NCBI GenBank assembly: GCA_030141605.1
Contig: JAQGDQ010000049.1
Location: 496,001 to 560,000 of the forward strand
Reading direction: 5' to 3'
DNA length: 64,000 bases
From: Tubiluchus corallicola
Taxonomy: Eukaryota; Animalia; Priapulida
Every line of letters starts with the position of its first letter. Position 1 is the stretch's first letter. Of this stretch, positions 14,513 to 26,939 are shown one piece after another. The notes beneath the pieces are model-generated. The model was not told the DNA's origin. It worked only from the letters and a program-made list of their open reading frames with translations, and did not search any database. A program made the translations under genes and the position numbers.

Positions 14513-14550
14513 TTCCTAACGTGATGTCACTTCCGCTTTCTTCCCGGATT
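14513..14550. promoter_or_regulatory. Probable syntaxin promoter: ETS/CRE-like composite site in a CpG-rich patch
   Basis: AACGTGATGTCACTTCCGCTTTCTTCCCGG; the reverse strand reads CGGAAGTGACATCACG, close to the ETS-CRE composite CGGAAGTGACGTCAC. The TSS itself is inferred, not seen. Confidence 0.45.
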
Positions 14551-16094
14551 TTTCGTTTTTTGCAAGATGTCTGTGTGGCGCTAAATTTGAAGTGTTTCAA
14601 TGCTAACCAAACTAAAACGCACAAGTGCTTAAAAAAATGAAGCCGCTTTTTTATATCAGGCTAGTCAGTAGTGAATTTTGACAGCAAGTATCTACCAGGG
14701 TGTTAGTGGACCTTTAATTATACAGTAGTAGTACGTACAATGTCACCAGGTTACATAAATATGATTCCTATTTGTCGCTACTGAAGCTGATTGCGCACTA
14801 AAATTCATGAACTCATTCATAAATTTAATTTGAATTGCATAATTTAAACTATTGTCTTGGCAAAAAGTGGCATGAAAAAAGGCCTGGTTAGTTAAATACT
14901 GAACAAAATGTTACGTGGCACTATTATATTACCACTTTTCAATTGAGTGTTTAGAATAGCATTCAAACAAAATATAATTATTTATGCAGCAATGTAGTGT
15001 ACTCTGTTCCCACTAGATTAGAAAAGATTTTGTATTGAGACAAGCATCATTTAAAACTAAAGAAAATTTTATCCCTGAAACAGCCTAAATTGAGGCCGAC
15101 AATAAAAATACTTCTGTTGCCGTCTAATTGCCCGGGTAATATTTTTTTGTCGCTCGCCCAGCTGGGAATTTTATAATTTTTTTGTACGTTCATATATTTG
15201 CTTGACGCCGTCATATAAAAGTGTATTTTTTTTAAATTTAAAACGTAAAACGCAATAATTGTTATAACATTGTTGTTTCGGGAAACAGTGGACACAGCCA
15301 TGCTTTTCCGTGGCTAACTCTCAGCCAGCATTGCCATTTTGTACGATGCTCATTGTATTGGAGGCTATAAAGTATCGAATTTTCTGCCAAATCAGTGTAT
15401 TTAAGGCCGAGTAGTATTACCGCTCATACCATAAATATCAGAACATACACATTCATGATACAAAAAAGACACTCTACAATAATTGATAATTATACGATAA
15501 TTTAGTAATGCGAAACCAAAAAACAAAGCGTGAAAAATTGTGCATTGAAAAAATTTAAAATATTACTGCTTACCAGTGGAAAATAAACAAACTTTTATTG
15601 CAACTGATTTTAAATATTCAATTTAAAAAATAAAAATTTTTCTTCCCTACTGGCATCTTTTGAGCTCATGAGGTAAGACAGAAACAGTTTTTTGTGGCTG
15701 GCCTAAAGAGCTATAAAATTCAATGTCATTTGGTCATTTGCAGGTCACAAGGAGCAAAAGTTACAAAATATATTAAATACTAAACACTAAATGTACAAGT
15801 AATCTTATTATGTAGGTTAAATTTAATGTAATTAGCACATGAAATACGTTGTGCAACATGCACTACAGAAAGCATGTGCAATGCACTACCAAACATTTAT
15901 TATTCCTGTTCACACTGATAGGTTTCAATTTTAATACACATCATTAATAACAAGATTATAGGAAGAGTGCAATGTAGCACGTTGAGGAAACAGCAGGAGT
16001 CCACAATTTGAAACAAAATGCAAGATAGAAAGGCACAAACAATGTTTGTAATAACCTTGCAATCAATGACAACCTAAAGAAGACTAAAATGGCA

Positions 16095-16663
16095 CGTGTT
16101 TTTCCTGAGGTGTTACAAACTTTTTTTGGCTACACCAGCACTTCAAATATAGAACATTTGTATTAAATGTGAAACTTGCAAAAAGTGCGGGCATACGGGA
16201 ACGCGAAAGATTGTAACGGACAGGCACCCATATGGGTAGATAGCTGATGAGCTAGTGAACAATATGTGTCCTCGTTGAAGTGTTGCAAACTTTTCCCTGG
16301 TTACACCAGCACTTGTACATGTAGGCACCCTCACGAATACACAGACAGATAAAACTTCACTGAGGATATTAAGCAATTTTATAGGCTGCACGTACCGCAT
16401 TCTTCAAAACACATTGCTTTAATCGCCATCTGTAATTTTGTTTATTGTTTCTCTATTTATTTTTAAATCCCTATTTTTGAAGTGTATGATGCAAATAGAC
16501 TTGAACTGAAGTGAACTGAGGTATTGCAAGATTTCCTTTAGTAAGGCGAAGTGTTTTTTACCCTTTTGAGGCCATACCGAATCTCGAATATCAAACCAGA
16601 TGTACGACTTTTTTTACATTCAATATTGAATATTGAACATCGAATATCAAACCAACTTGAGCC
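16095..16663 (-). mobile_element. Unclassified interspersed element, copy B, inverted relative to copy A
   Basis: Reverse complement aligns by eye with 13138-13700, including CACATATTGTTCACTAGCTCA and CCCGCACTTTT(T/C)GCAAGTTTCA. Confidence 0.7.
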
Positions 16664-17637
16664 AGTGAGTGTACTGTCTAGCTATTTAATAGAACGAGTC
16701 TTTTGTAGACATTATTCTGTCTACCTTTATAAACTTTGGTTATGCTTCTCTTGCTACACCTCATATTGGTTTGTCTGTTAAGTTTAATTAAGTATTACTC
16801 TTAGGTCTTTCAGTATTACACTTATGTTGATTTAAGGTTTGTTTCACTAAAAGGCTTTCTAGTAATTTGTATGTTTAGTAATGCTTTAAAAACTGCTTGT
16901 CTTCTGTTCCTGAATATTGCCTATTTGAATTTCATTAGAATGGTGACTTTGTGTACTTGCTAATTAAACTTTTTATAAATTTGCTCATGCTCTTCACAAA
17001 GTTTAACAGTTTCATTTCTGCTTAATTTGGCAGTGTAATTTTTGCACACACCGCAAGTTGGAATACAGCACTCAGTGGCAAAGTCTAATCAGTTTGGATG
17101 GTTGTGACGAGATAGTAGGCAAGACTAGACCTTACTTATGCCTCTAAAATGAGAAACTGACATGGCAAAGTGTCATAAGCACGTTTGCATATGAAAATGG
17201 CTTACGTTATGCTCACTTACTGGGACAAGCTGCTAAAATCAGTGATATAGCAAATGACACCTCCCAGAGTGTGTGTCTATTGAATCCGGAAACTACCCAT
17301 TTGTTCAACAATTAGCTTCAGTGCCATACTTAATTTCATTCGACAAATGCGGTGCTATGACCACTCAGCTATGCATCTTCCTTCATTTTCACTTTTGAGA
17401 TGGTTTCTCAACCACCCCAATTCTTGCGTGAAATAGTTTCATTAGCATTATTATCATTTAATAATTTATTACTTTGTTCTAGAAAAGTCTAGATTATACA
17501 TTTATTCTTCAAACATTATGTACGTACATATAAACATAATAAATGCCTTTTTCTTTGTTATGTAGTATTCAAACCGTTTTTAAACAGCTTTATTACCAAA
17601 ATTTTTGTATGTGTAACTGAACCAGCGAACAGTTGTG

Positions 17638-20600
17638 ATGTCTAATTCTTATCACGGAGGCACTTATGCCATGTCTGGCACTAAAGAAAGTGCGGCAGAT
17701 TTCACACGCCTTTCGCAGAACATAAGTACCAATGTACAGAAAGTGCAACAGAATGGTAAGTTTAATTCTATTTAAGATTTAATGAAATACAATATAAAAT
17801 GTTTTTATTTCCTTTAACACTTGCAGTTTTGAACAGTCAAATATCATTTGTTTATATTTTCATTGTTAATTTTATCTATGTAGTTACGAATAATAGTACC
17901 GTAAAATTGTACTTTTAGTTAAAAAATGGCACCTGCTTATGTTGGTAATAAAATGCAATTGCAAGAGTAAGACCTAATGCCAATTTTCATGGAATTTCTA
18001 AATCTTTCGAATTTTTGTTGAATTTATTTGTAATACAGTAGTGAACTGATCTTGTATGTTGCTTTCTTTGAAACAAACAGCAACATAAATTTTGGTTGCC
18101 AAATTGTTCTGTTTTTTGTGTTCATTTATTTGTTTGTGTATTTTTTAGTTTCTTCGATAACTCGAATGGTGGATCAGCTTGGGACAACACAAGAAACAGA
18201 AATGCTTTGGGACAAGCTGTAAGTATTTTCTTTGCATAATATAAAACAATTTACTCCAATCTTGCGCAGTAGTTTTTCAAAACCTGTGTAATTGCTAGTG
18301 CATTTTTTTCTTTGTCCTTGTCTGATCCTGAATTTAGTTTAATATAAAAACGTATTAGAAGAAATGCTACTGTTTGTTTGATATTCTCATTTCTTCATGA
18401 CATAGGTGTCTGATTTATATACTTGTATTGATAAAAATATGAAATCATTTAATGTTGAGATTAATTTTTGTTTTACCTCATTTAGGAATCAGATTCAACA
18501 TTACACGAACCAGTTAGTGAAAGATATTAATAAAAATTTAAAAGAACTTTCTTCGATGACGCCGTTATCATCCCATTCCGATCAAGTAAGTAAACTCTGC
18601 TAATTTAGAGTGTGTACAACGGTTTGCAGGCAAACTAGTTACGATGTTGCAACTGACGGGAAGAAAACAAATAATGGTGATCGTTTTATAATTTTTTTGT
18701 CAAAATAAAAAAGTTAGTTAAAGTATAGAAACTGAAATTACAGCAGTAAGACCAAACTAGAAATAATTTCACTTACATGTATAGAAAAAATAACTACGAG
18801 GAGCCTAATAAATGCTAGGTTAAGTAGATCTAATATATGGAAAGTTAAAGTGGACAGGTCTATTGCAATTTTTCAGTGTTTTTCTTAAAATAAAAAATTA
18901 TCAGCGAAAATTATTTTAGTAGACTAGCTACCCAGTTATGTATCAGAGCTAAGTAATATTACGATTGACCGTTCCAAATGCAGTGGTATTATTGATAAGG
19001 TAATTGCAATGGGAAAAGCAGTCAGCATGAGCGTAACAAAAATTGTTAAACATATGGTTAAACATATATCTTAATGGTCCTTGTCAGTTTGTATGCATAG
19101 ACTGGTAAGGATAAAGGATGCCCACTGACGTGACTGTGATATAGAAACAATGTATAATAGTTATTATAACTTTAGTTTTGTCAGTATTTGTTTTCTCATT
19201 TTAGTTTCTGCATAAGCAAATTGTATTCAAGAGGCAATAGATCTACAACCAGGTGTGTGCTCAGCATAAGAAACCTGCAAATGAGTTTAAAAGTGCATTT
19301 TTCCATTTAAGTGGTTCACACATTGCAAAAGTGCAAAAGCTATTTATGGTGATACATTCTGCTATTTTCATATATTTTAATACAGAGAGTAAGAAAACTG
19401 CAGGTGGAACGGCTCACAAAGGATTTTTCCGACTCCCTTAACAGTTTCCAGATGGCGCAACGGAGGGTGGCAGAAAAAGAGAAGCAAAGTGTAGCCCGGG
19501 CTCGAGCTCAGTCCAGTAATAAAGATGTAAGTCATCTGAATAATTGTCTTCTAACTTGTAACCACTAGTAACTTGTGTTTCCTTGTAACCACTAGTGCTG
19601 TTCCGGTTAATTGATTTCGTTGAAAGTCGGTAGGCGGTGACATTCGACTAAGCACTCGATCATAAATTAACATAATCGATGATTGCTTAATACAATAAGT
19701 GTAAGATTTTGCACATTTTGCCACCCGTTTCTACCGTTTATCGCATTGTTGATAGCCGTAAATGTCATTAGTAAAATATTTTAATGAATATGCGCCATAA
19801 CTTATACAAATAGAACAGTTACTTATCAAAAGAAATTGCCAACAATCAACGCTGAGGCAGTGCGGCTTACAGCAAGGTTCATCATGAGATATCTGTGCAC
19901 AGTGCTTTGCCGCTTTGTGACATTCTTATTTGATCATAGAAATGAGACCGATTCCCAACACTAGTAACTACTTAGTTAAATTCTGTTATAAACATAATTG
20001 CCACCGTACACCACTTACAATTACAAATGATATACATTTGTGACTTGTACTAACGTTTGTTTGTGCAGTAAGTAAATTTTGTAAGTCAAGTATCCTTTTA
20101 TACTGAATTTGAATACAGCTGTCTTTGTTGGTGAGTGGTGACTCTGTTCCTTTACCACTTATTCAAAAGTTGAGTAAAGTTTGGCAATACTGTTTTGATT
20201 AAATATGAGAATTGGACAAATTTGGGTCTTTTGACAGTATTCAATTTAGTATATTGCATTGGAGACTGTGTAACACAGCTAGGCTGATTATGTTATCAAT
20301 ACAATAACAAATACTGCCGTTGTTTAGGTTAAAATTTTATTATCGTTTCTTGGACCATTTTAATAAAATACAATTAACTGTTCAAATTGTTCATTTTAAA
20401 CCAATTTCAGTGTAGTTAATAGTTTGTGTTAAATGACTTTACATTTAGGGCATCCTAGATGATAGTTTAGGCACTACACAGCTGGTAAACTTAGCCGGTC
20501 CAACACAACAAGTACAAGCTCAAATGGAGGATGTTGACCTTGAGCTTCTAGAGGAGAGAGAAAATGCCATCCGTCAGTTAGAGGTAATCCAGTAAAGTTT

Positions 20601-23600
20601 TCATTTTGAAATGGTTAAGTTTTGTTGTCAAATTTGCATTTTATTCGAGATGTGTACTAGCTTAGCAATTTTCACATGTCGCGCAGTGGAGCTTGCCATT
20701 TCTTTTACATATTGCATTCTTACTTTAGCAATGGAAATAGTAACAATTTTTGCCATTTTGAATACTCGTAAATGGTGAATTATGAATTCATTTGTCTAAG
20801 TAACTTAACTGCTTATGTTTAGTTCTTATTATTTGATTCATGTGGTTTACTATTACGTTTATCGGTTATCATACTTTATTTTATAGTTTTGAGTTAGTTT
20901 GTTCTAGTGAATTTACAAAAATCTCATAATTCTATTAATTACTTCTCCCGCTTTTCCAAAAAATTTTACTGTCCATTGCTTCTTCCAAGTTCCTAAGTCA
21001 GCCAACCACATGTCCCAGTAATCATTATCATGAAACTCTCCTTCTTATAATTTTAAACTTTTGGTTGGTATTTGTTGTTTAAAGTAGTTGGATAATAATC
21101 CTAATAGCTTTGTGAAAGTGCTTGACAATTAGTTAATGATGGATACTTTATGTTTGCGTGATATTTTATTATCTTGTTAAATGAATCTTGTAAAACAAAA
21201 TGTTACAATGCTATTATGTGGAGGACTGTATCATTGAGGATATTATTTATGATGATTATGATTACGTTTTACAGTCTGATATACAAGATGTGAACAGTAT
21301 TTTTAAGGATCTTGGTTTATTGGTGCATGAACAAGGTGAAATGGTTGGTAAGTGTTGTTTTTTGTTGAATTGTCATGAGAAACTTTGCAGATCACTGTAG
21401 GTTTTCCCAGCTGCTCAGCTGCAGTGAAATTTATATTGGTAGTTTGTATTGTTCATTACTTGCTTTCTCATGTTTGTTGTTTGTGTTCAACAGTATTTTT
21501 TCATTTCTTCAAATTTGTGAAATGGCATTTTTTAAATTTGCAGATGTTTAAATGTGATAAATTGTATGATATTAATTGTGATGGATCATTTTCTTAAAAA
21601 GACAAAAAAATTTTGGACACTTATAGTCACTGGTATGATCATAATACTTATCAAAATTGCAGCATTTTAAGAAAGACATTTTAAAAGCATTTTAAGATGC
21701 CCTAAATGCAAAGCCATTTAACACAAACTATTAACTACACTAAGAGTTACTGTCTAATCAGAGGTGTCATTGTTATAATCTAACAGATTTTTGCAGGTCA
21801 GATCGTTTAAGTAGAATGCATAATGTTTCTTTTTAATACATTTGTGACGACCACTTGCTTAGGTTAGGTCAGGTGTGGAGAGAGATGGTAGGATTTTTAT
21901 TCTAGCTCACTAAAGATGCTAAATTGGGAGAACCTAACATTGTAGATGAATTATTCACCCATTATTCAATTACAAAGAATGTTAATAGATTGTCTTCTTC
22001 TTGGTTTATGATACTTGCTGCAGAAATGAAACACTAAATATCGAGATAACATTTATGCTAGAATTTACTATCATATGATATCACAGCAACAGTACATACA
22101 GGTAGTCGTGCCGGCATGTTGGTCATAAGACATACTGAATGCGTATTATGTTATGTTATGTTATGTTAAATGTTATATATTATTGGACTTGTATGTTAAA
22201 GCGGCATACTCCTACATGCAAGACGTTGTGTGTGTATGCACACTAAACATGATAACGTTTACGATAAATTTATCGTATATCGATAAAATTCCTTTGTCTA
22301 AGAAATAGAAGGAAATATGAATTGTGGTTGTTTTTGTATTAAATGGCGGTCGGGTCATAAAATCTAACAGTTGCAAGTCACACAGATCGTAAGTCAACGA
22401 CTACCTGTACACTTAATGATATATCGTTAAGCCAAAAAATCAGTAAAATCCACAATTTTATTGCTTAATAGTATATCATATATCAAATAATATATCAAAC
22501 TAATTGAAAACATCGATGAAGTTGTTGACAAATATCAGTGAAAGCTAGCTAGGATTAGTGCTGATTGACTTATCAACTCACAAGCAATTGTAAACAAACC
22601 TCTGAAATGCACAACTTAAATATAAAACTAGCAGCTCAAACAAATTAACAAAGAGTTAGTAAACCAAGATGAAATCAATGAAGAATTACAGAGCAAAAGT
22701 CACAAGGCACTAGTAAAATCGACAACAAAGTGTCAAAGATACCTAAAAGGTATACAGACAATTAGTAATGATTTGAAGCTAATAGACAGAAATTGTTAAA
22801 AACAATGCAAAGCAAGTCACTCAGTTGCTTGCAAGGGATGAGTAAAAATGATGAGATTTAGACTTGTGACTTACAGCTGCCTCAAATGTCAAACATTCTA
22901 GAGGCCGCTACACTTTGCAAAAAACATTAATTATTGGCAAATCATTTCGTATTCTGAGAAAGTTGTTGCGCCATCCTTTGTCATTGGAGACAGCTCTTTT
23001 GCTGTGGAAATGCCAAATTTCATACCAGGAAACTAGATGCAGATTTCATGAGTGTTTTTTGCACTTTTCTTTAATTAGTTTAGTGAATATTTCTTGCATA
23101 CGAGGTGATCAAACTAATGGTGATTAAATTAAAATATATTTATTTATATTCTTATTTGTCTGGAGTATTTTGAAGGTGAGGGATGAATAGCGTGTGCATG
23201 GTTGCAAAGATGAGCAGTGCCAAGCTCACTTGATAAATAGATGTGTGACTGCTGGGAAGACTACTTCTGAGCAATTTCAATTATTATACAGCTTTTAGCT
23301 ATTTGCCTTTGTCTTTGAGGAATGATGTCACTGCATCCCAACATGCTATGACTGATGTTAGAACTATCTTTACTAATATTAATTTCTAAATGCCTGCTTC
23401 ACAAAATGCCAAATTAAGTAAAATGATAGTGATGTGCACTGATTTATAGCTTGGGCTTATTATGTGGTTCTATGTTTCATAATTGTAGATTCTATTGAGG
23501 CTAATGTTGAAACTGCTGCTGTCCAAGTTGAAGAGGGAACTGTTAAATTACGAAAGGCATCTGAGTACCAGGCAAGTACTTTGAAGCTACGTTACGCCTG

Positions 23601-24370
23601 TAATATTGCATGCATCAGCAGTTTATTTAAGGTTTTCATCTAAAATTGGCTCTAAAAATATTTGTCTGCTTGATTATCTAATTTTGATGTCATACATTTT
23701 GCTTTTTTATGAGAAATGTCTAAGAGCCAATTTGCCATAAATGTACCCCCAAATGGCTGTCTAATCTAAACTTGTAATATTCCTCTTATCTTTATAAGAT
23801 TTAGCATTACTTTGGCTGATGCAGGATTAAATAATTGTAAAAATATTGTTTTCTTAACATCGTCACTGTAACATCAGACATTATATGTGGCTTGACAACT
23901 TTATGATTTACTTATTGCAAGAGCTTCAGATATTGTCCTGTTTTCATCTTTACTAGTTTGGTAAATCTGTTATCTTACCCTTTGCACAAGTTCTAAATTG
24001 ATCTTTTGCTGCACTAAGTTCATAATCAATTTGAACTTATTTTATAATTGACTTATTCGTCAACAATTTGGCAAAAGCCTTTTTAGCACTGGGTTGTCTA
24101 ATTAACGGGAAATTAACTTTGTTATATCTTGCAGAAAACAAAACAGACAAATAGTAAATGTTGATTTACATGGTTTAATTTCAAGGTGCTTGCTTTTTAT
24201 CTTACTCGTGTAGTTACTGTGTAAAGATACGTTTTTATTTGTTATTATGTAAAATTTATTTCACTTTTATTTAGACTAAAGCAAGAAAAAAGAAATGCAT
24301 CATCCTGATCATCGTTCTGATTCTGCTTGGTGTTGTAGCGCTCATTATTTGGTTGTCGGTTAGGAAGTGA
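17638..24370 (+). CDS. STX7: Syntaxin-7/12-like endosomal Qa-SNARE, isoform with terminal exon 8a (about 271 aa)
   Basis: Exons 17638-17755, 18149-18218, 18486-18585, 19386-19526, 20449-20583, 21275-21347, 23489-23571, 24275-24370, all in phase. Habc region (DFTRLSQNISTNVQKV, QHYTNQLVKD, AQRRVAEKEKQSVARARA), SNARE motif ([42 protein letters not shown]) and TM tail TKARKKKCIILIIVLILLGVVALIIWLSVRK*. STX7 versus STX12 cannot be resolved by eye. Confidence 0.92.
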
Positions 24371-25464
24371 TTGGCACATTAGGTTTGTGGCATATTTTAT
24401 TTTCCTTGTGCATTTAACTAGATGACTGGCTTTCACTTTGTTTGGTGTGCTTTTTATTTGGAAGCTTCAAGATGTTTTTTGAAGACAGTGTACTGTCACT
24501 TATAGGCTGCCTCTGAATGGTATAGGAGCATTATACGATTGTTTGTCCAGTGTAGACTTCCAAGGGGTACATACACTGCAAAATTGAGGTTCTTTTTGTG
24601 ACTGTGTTATCGATTTCTATTGTTATAAACCTTTTAATTCCAAAAAGTTTTAGTGATAGTTATTAGCTCATCATTTTTGTATCTTTCTATTACATCTTTA
24701 TTTTTGCTATAGCTTGCAGCATGCTTGTCTTTATTATATTAAAGATTTTATAAATCCTGTTTTCTGCATCGTTTTTAGACCTTTGCTTTTTGCCTGTTAA
24801 ATTGTGAGATTTGCGGTTGTTCATTTACATTTTGTTTCATCATCGGCCACTGGGAATGCAAAAACACTTCAAACATGTTTATTTTTAGTTATATCATTTT
24901 GCATGAAGCTGCCAGTACCTGTTCTCTTTTGTGTTGTATTTAAATGATTATCAGTTTACTACGTATCACTTTACCTCTTGCACATCATCATGAATTATTG
25001 CAACTCATTGAGTGCAGTTTCACCCCAGTGCCAGTATTACTGTCTTATTGAATTTCTCTATTATTTGATATAATTATGCAGACATGAAAACGTAAACAAA
25101 CGCTAAATATTTTTTATACTGTGTGTTAGCTAGCTTTCAAATTCAACAATGTTGGGGGAAAATGGCCTATATTGGGCCTTAGGGGGTTAATTAAGTAAAA
25201 ATAGCATAATTTGCACAACAAAACATGCCATCTGATGATTTTTTTGTACTTTTTTCAGTGTAAACTTTTTTTAATGTAGCATATGCCAATACAGCAAATT
25301 AGTCAAAAATATGATGTAGGTTTAATAACCAACAGAAGCAGTGCAGTAGCATTTCTGCTGTATTTATACACGGGATGCAATTACACCCCATTTCCAGTAT
25401 TCACATGACCATGAAATATTTCCATAATTCGGTCAGCATAATTTGGATACTTTGTTTCTTGCAG

Positions 25465-25557
25465 AGAGCTTCCCGCAAAAGAACTGTGATCATGAGCTTG
25501 TTTTTAGTCATCATTGGCGTAACCATTGCTGGAATAGTCTGGGCAGCAAATGGCTAA
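25465..25557 (+). CDS. STX7: Alternative terminal exon 8b of the syntaxin gene (second transmembrane anchor)
   Basis: Strong acceptor TTTGTTTCTTGCAG, phase 0, encodes RASRKRTVIMSLFLVIIGVTIAGIVWAANG*; AATAAA at 25715-25720. Confidence 0.82.
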   Translation, partial: RASRKRTVIMSLFLVIIGVTIAGIVWAANG

Positions 25558-25821
25558 AATTATTGGAAACTGGTTGATTAATTATATGATGATCAATAAT
25601 AATGCCTATGTTACAATCTTTCATTCCTGCATTATTGCACAAAGATTGTGTGTATGTTGTTTTATACCAGTGCAAGTGTGTCCAGTTTTTGTTTTCAAAA
25701 TCATTTGTTCCGAAAATAAAACTCATTGTTACTTTAGAAAATTTGTAAATACAAATTTTTCGTTTGGTTCCAATTCAGCTTTGAAAATCTTGCCAAGAAT
25801 TGTTATACCAAACCTTATAAC

Positions 25822-25896
25822 TGGCTGAGCAGTTTAAGGCATTTGAGTTCTGGTCTGTCACTGCAGGCATGGGTTCAAATCCCATTTCTGACACCA
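25822..25896 (+). pseudogene. Degenerate tRNA-Leu (CAA-type) copy ending in CCA
   Basis: TGGCTGAGCAGTTTAAGGCA...AGTTCTGGTCT...GGCATGGGTTCAAATCCCATTTCTGACACCA resembles metazoan tRNA-Leu. The 5' acceptor strand and part of the anticodon stem are missing, so it is non-functional. Confidence 0.75.
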
Positions 25897-26012
25897 TGTA
25901 TACATAAGGTAAAAGATGAACCGAGCTTAACTTTTATTATGTGAACTATACATAGCAGCACAAGTCCTTAAATTATTGAATAACGAATTATGAACTGTAT
26001 GTTATCATAATA

Positions 26013-26939
26013 CAGTAGGCACCGCTTAATAGACTCACGGTTAATAGATTCAATCACTTATTTGACTCAAATATACATAAAAACTATCGGTAATTGACTC
26101 AAATAACTTTGCATAATTGACTCAATATTTTTCCTTCACCTACTTAAAATAAGATATTTGTGTGTGCTTAAAGAGCCTTTCCTACTTTTATGTCATCTTT
26201 ACTTCCCTTTTGTGCATTATTTATGCAGAAACAATCATGTTAAGTACCATTTTGTTTATGAGCAGATACGTTTATCATGCACTAATACGCTAGCGTAGTG
26301 GTTTTGCTTTGAATCTGTTACCCGCTCGCCCACTGTTGCCCAAAGAATTTCTGGAAGCTAAACATTTAATCGCTTGCCTAGCAGTTTCCTTTTGATGTTC
26401 TCGTTACAAATCGCGCTTTCAGGTTTAATGAGTTAACAGTCAAAGATGCAGGTACAAAGTACATAATCAGCCGGTATTCCTTGTGACTTACAAGAGTAAA
26501 CATCGTACAGCAAATAATGGCAATGTAAGTGAGCAGACGATTCAGAATTGTTTTAGTCACACACAACAACAGATTTTCAACATTTTTATAATTACGAGAA
26601 CTAAGTTGCGAGAAAATGAAGCAGCCAACTTTGAAGGAATTTTTATAATTTTTGCAAATAAACAGATGTGTGATTTAGAAAAGTATACTTTTTAATTTAT
26701 TGTTAATTCACTTATATAAATTAATATTTTGAATTGTTTTTTTCTAATTTTTAACTGCACAAAGGAATTTAGGCATTACTTTGTTTCTAAAATTCATTAA
26801 AAACCTTTGCAGTGCACAATATGCTGATGACTCATACTTCTGTGCCAGTAATACTACACCCATCAGTTAATAGGTTCAGTCGGTTAATTGGGTCAAAACA
26901 CGTCTGTCCCAAAGTGAGTCTGTTAAGCGGCGCCTACTG
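26013..26939. mobile_element. Non-autonomous Tc1/mariner (pogo/Tigger-like) element, 927 bp
   Basis: 26-bp TIRs CAGTAGGCACCGCTTAATAGACTCAC / GTGAGTCTGTTAAGCGGCGCCTACTG (2 mismatches), TA on both sides, subterminal TAATTGACTCAA-like repeats. Confidence 0.85.

Noticed and set aside
25879-25896. Minus-strand TGGTGTCAGAAATGGGAT as an LTR primer-binding site
   Set aside because: Similarity extends over most of the tRNA body and no adjacent LTR or gag/pol sequence is visible.
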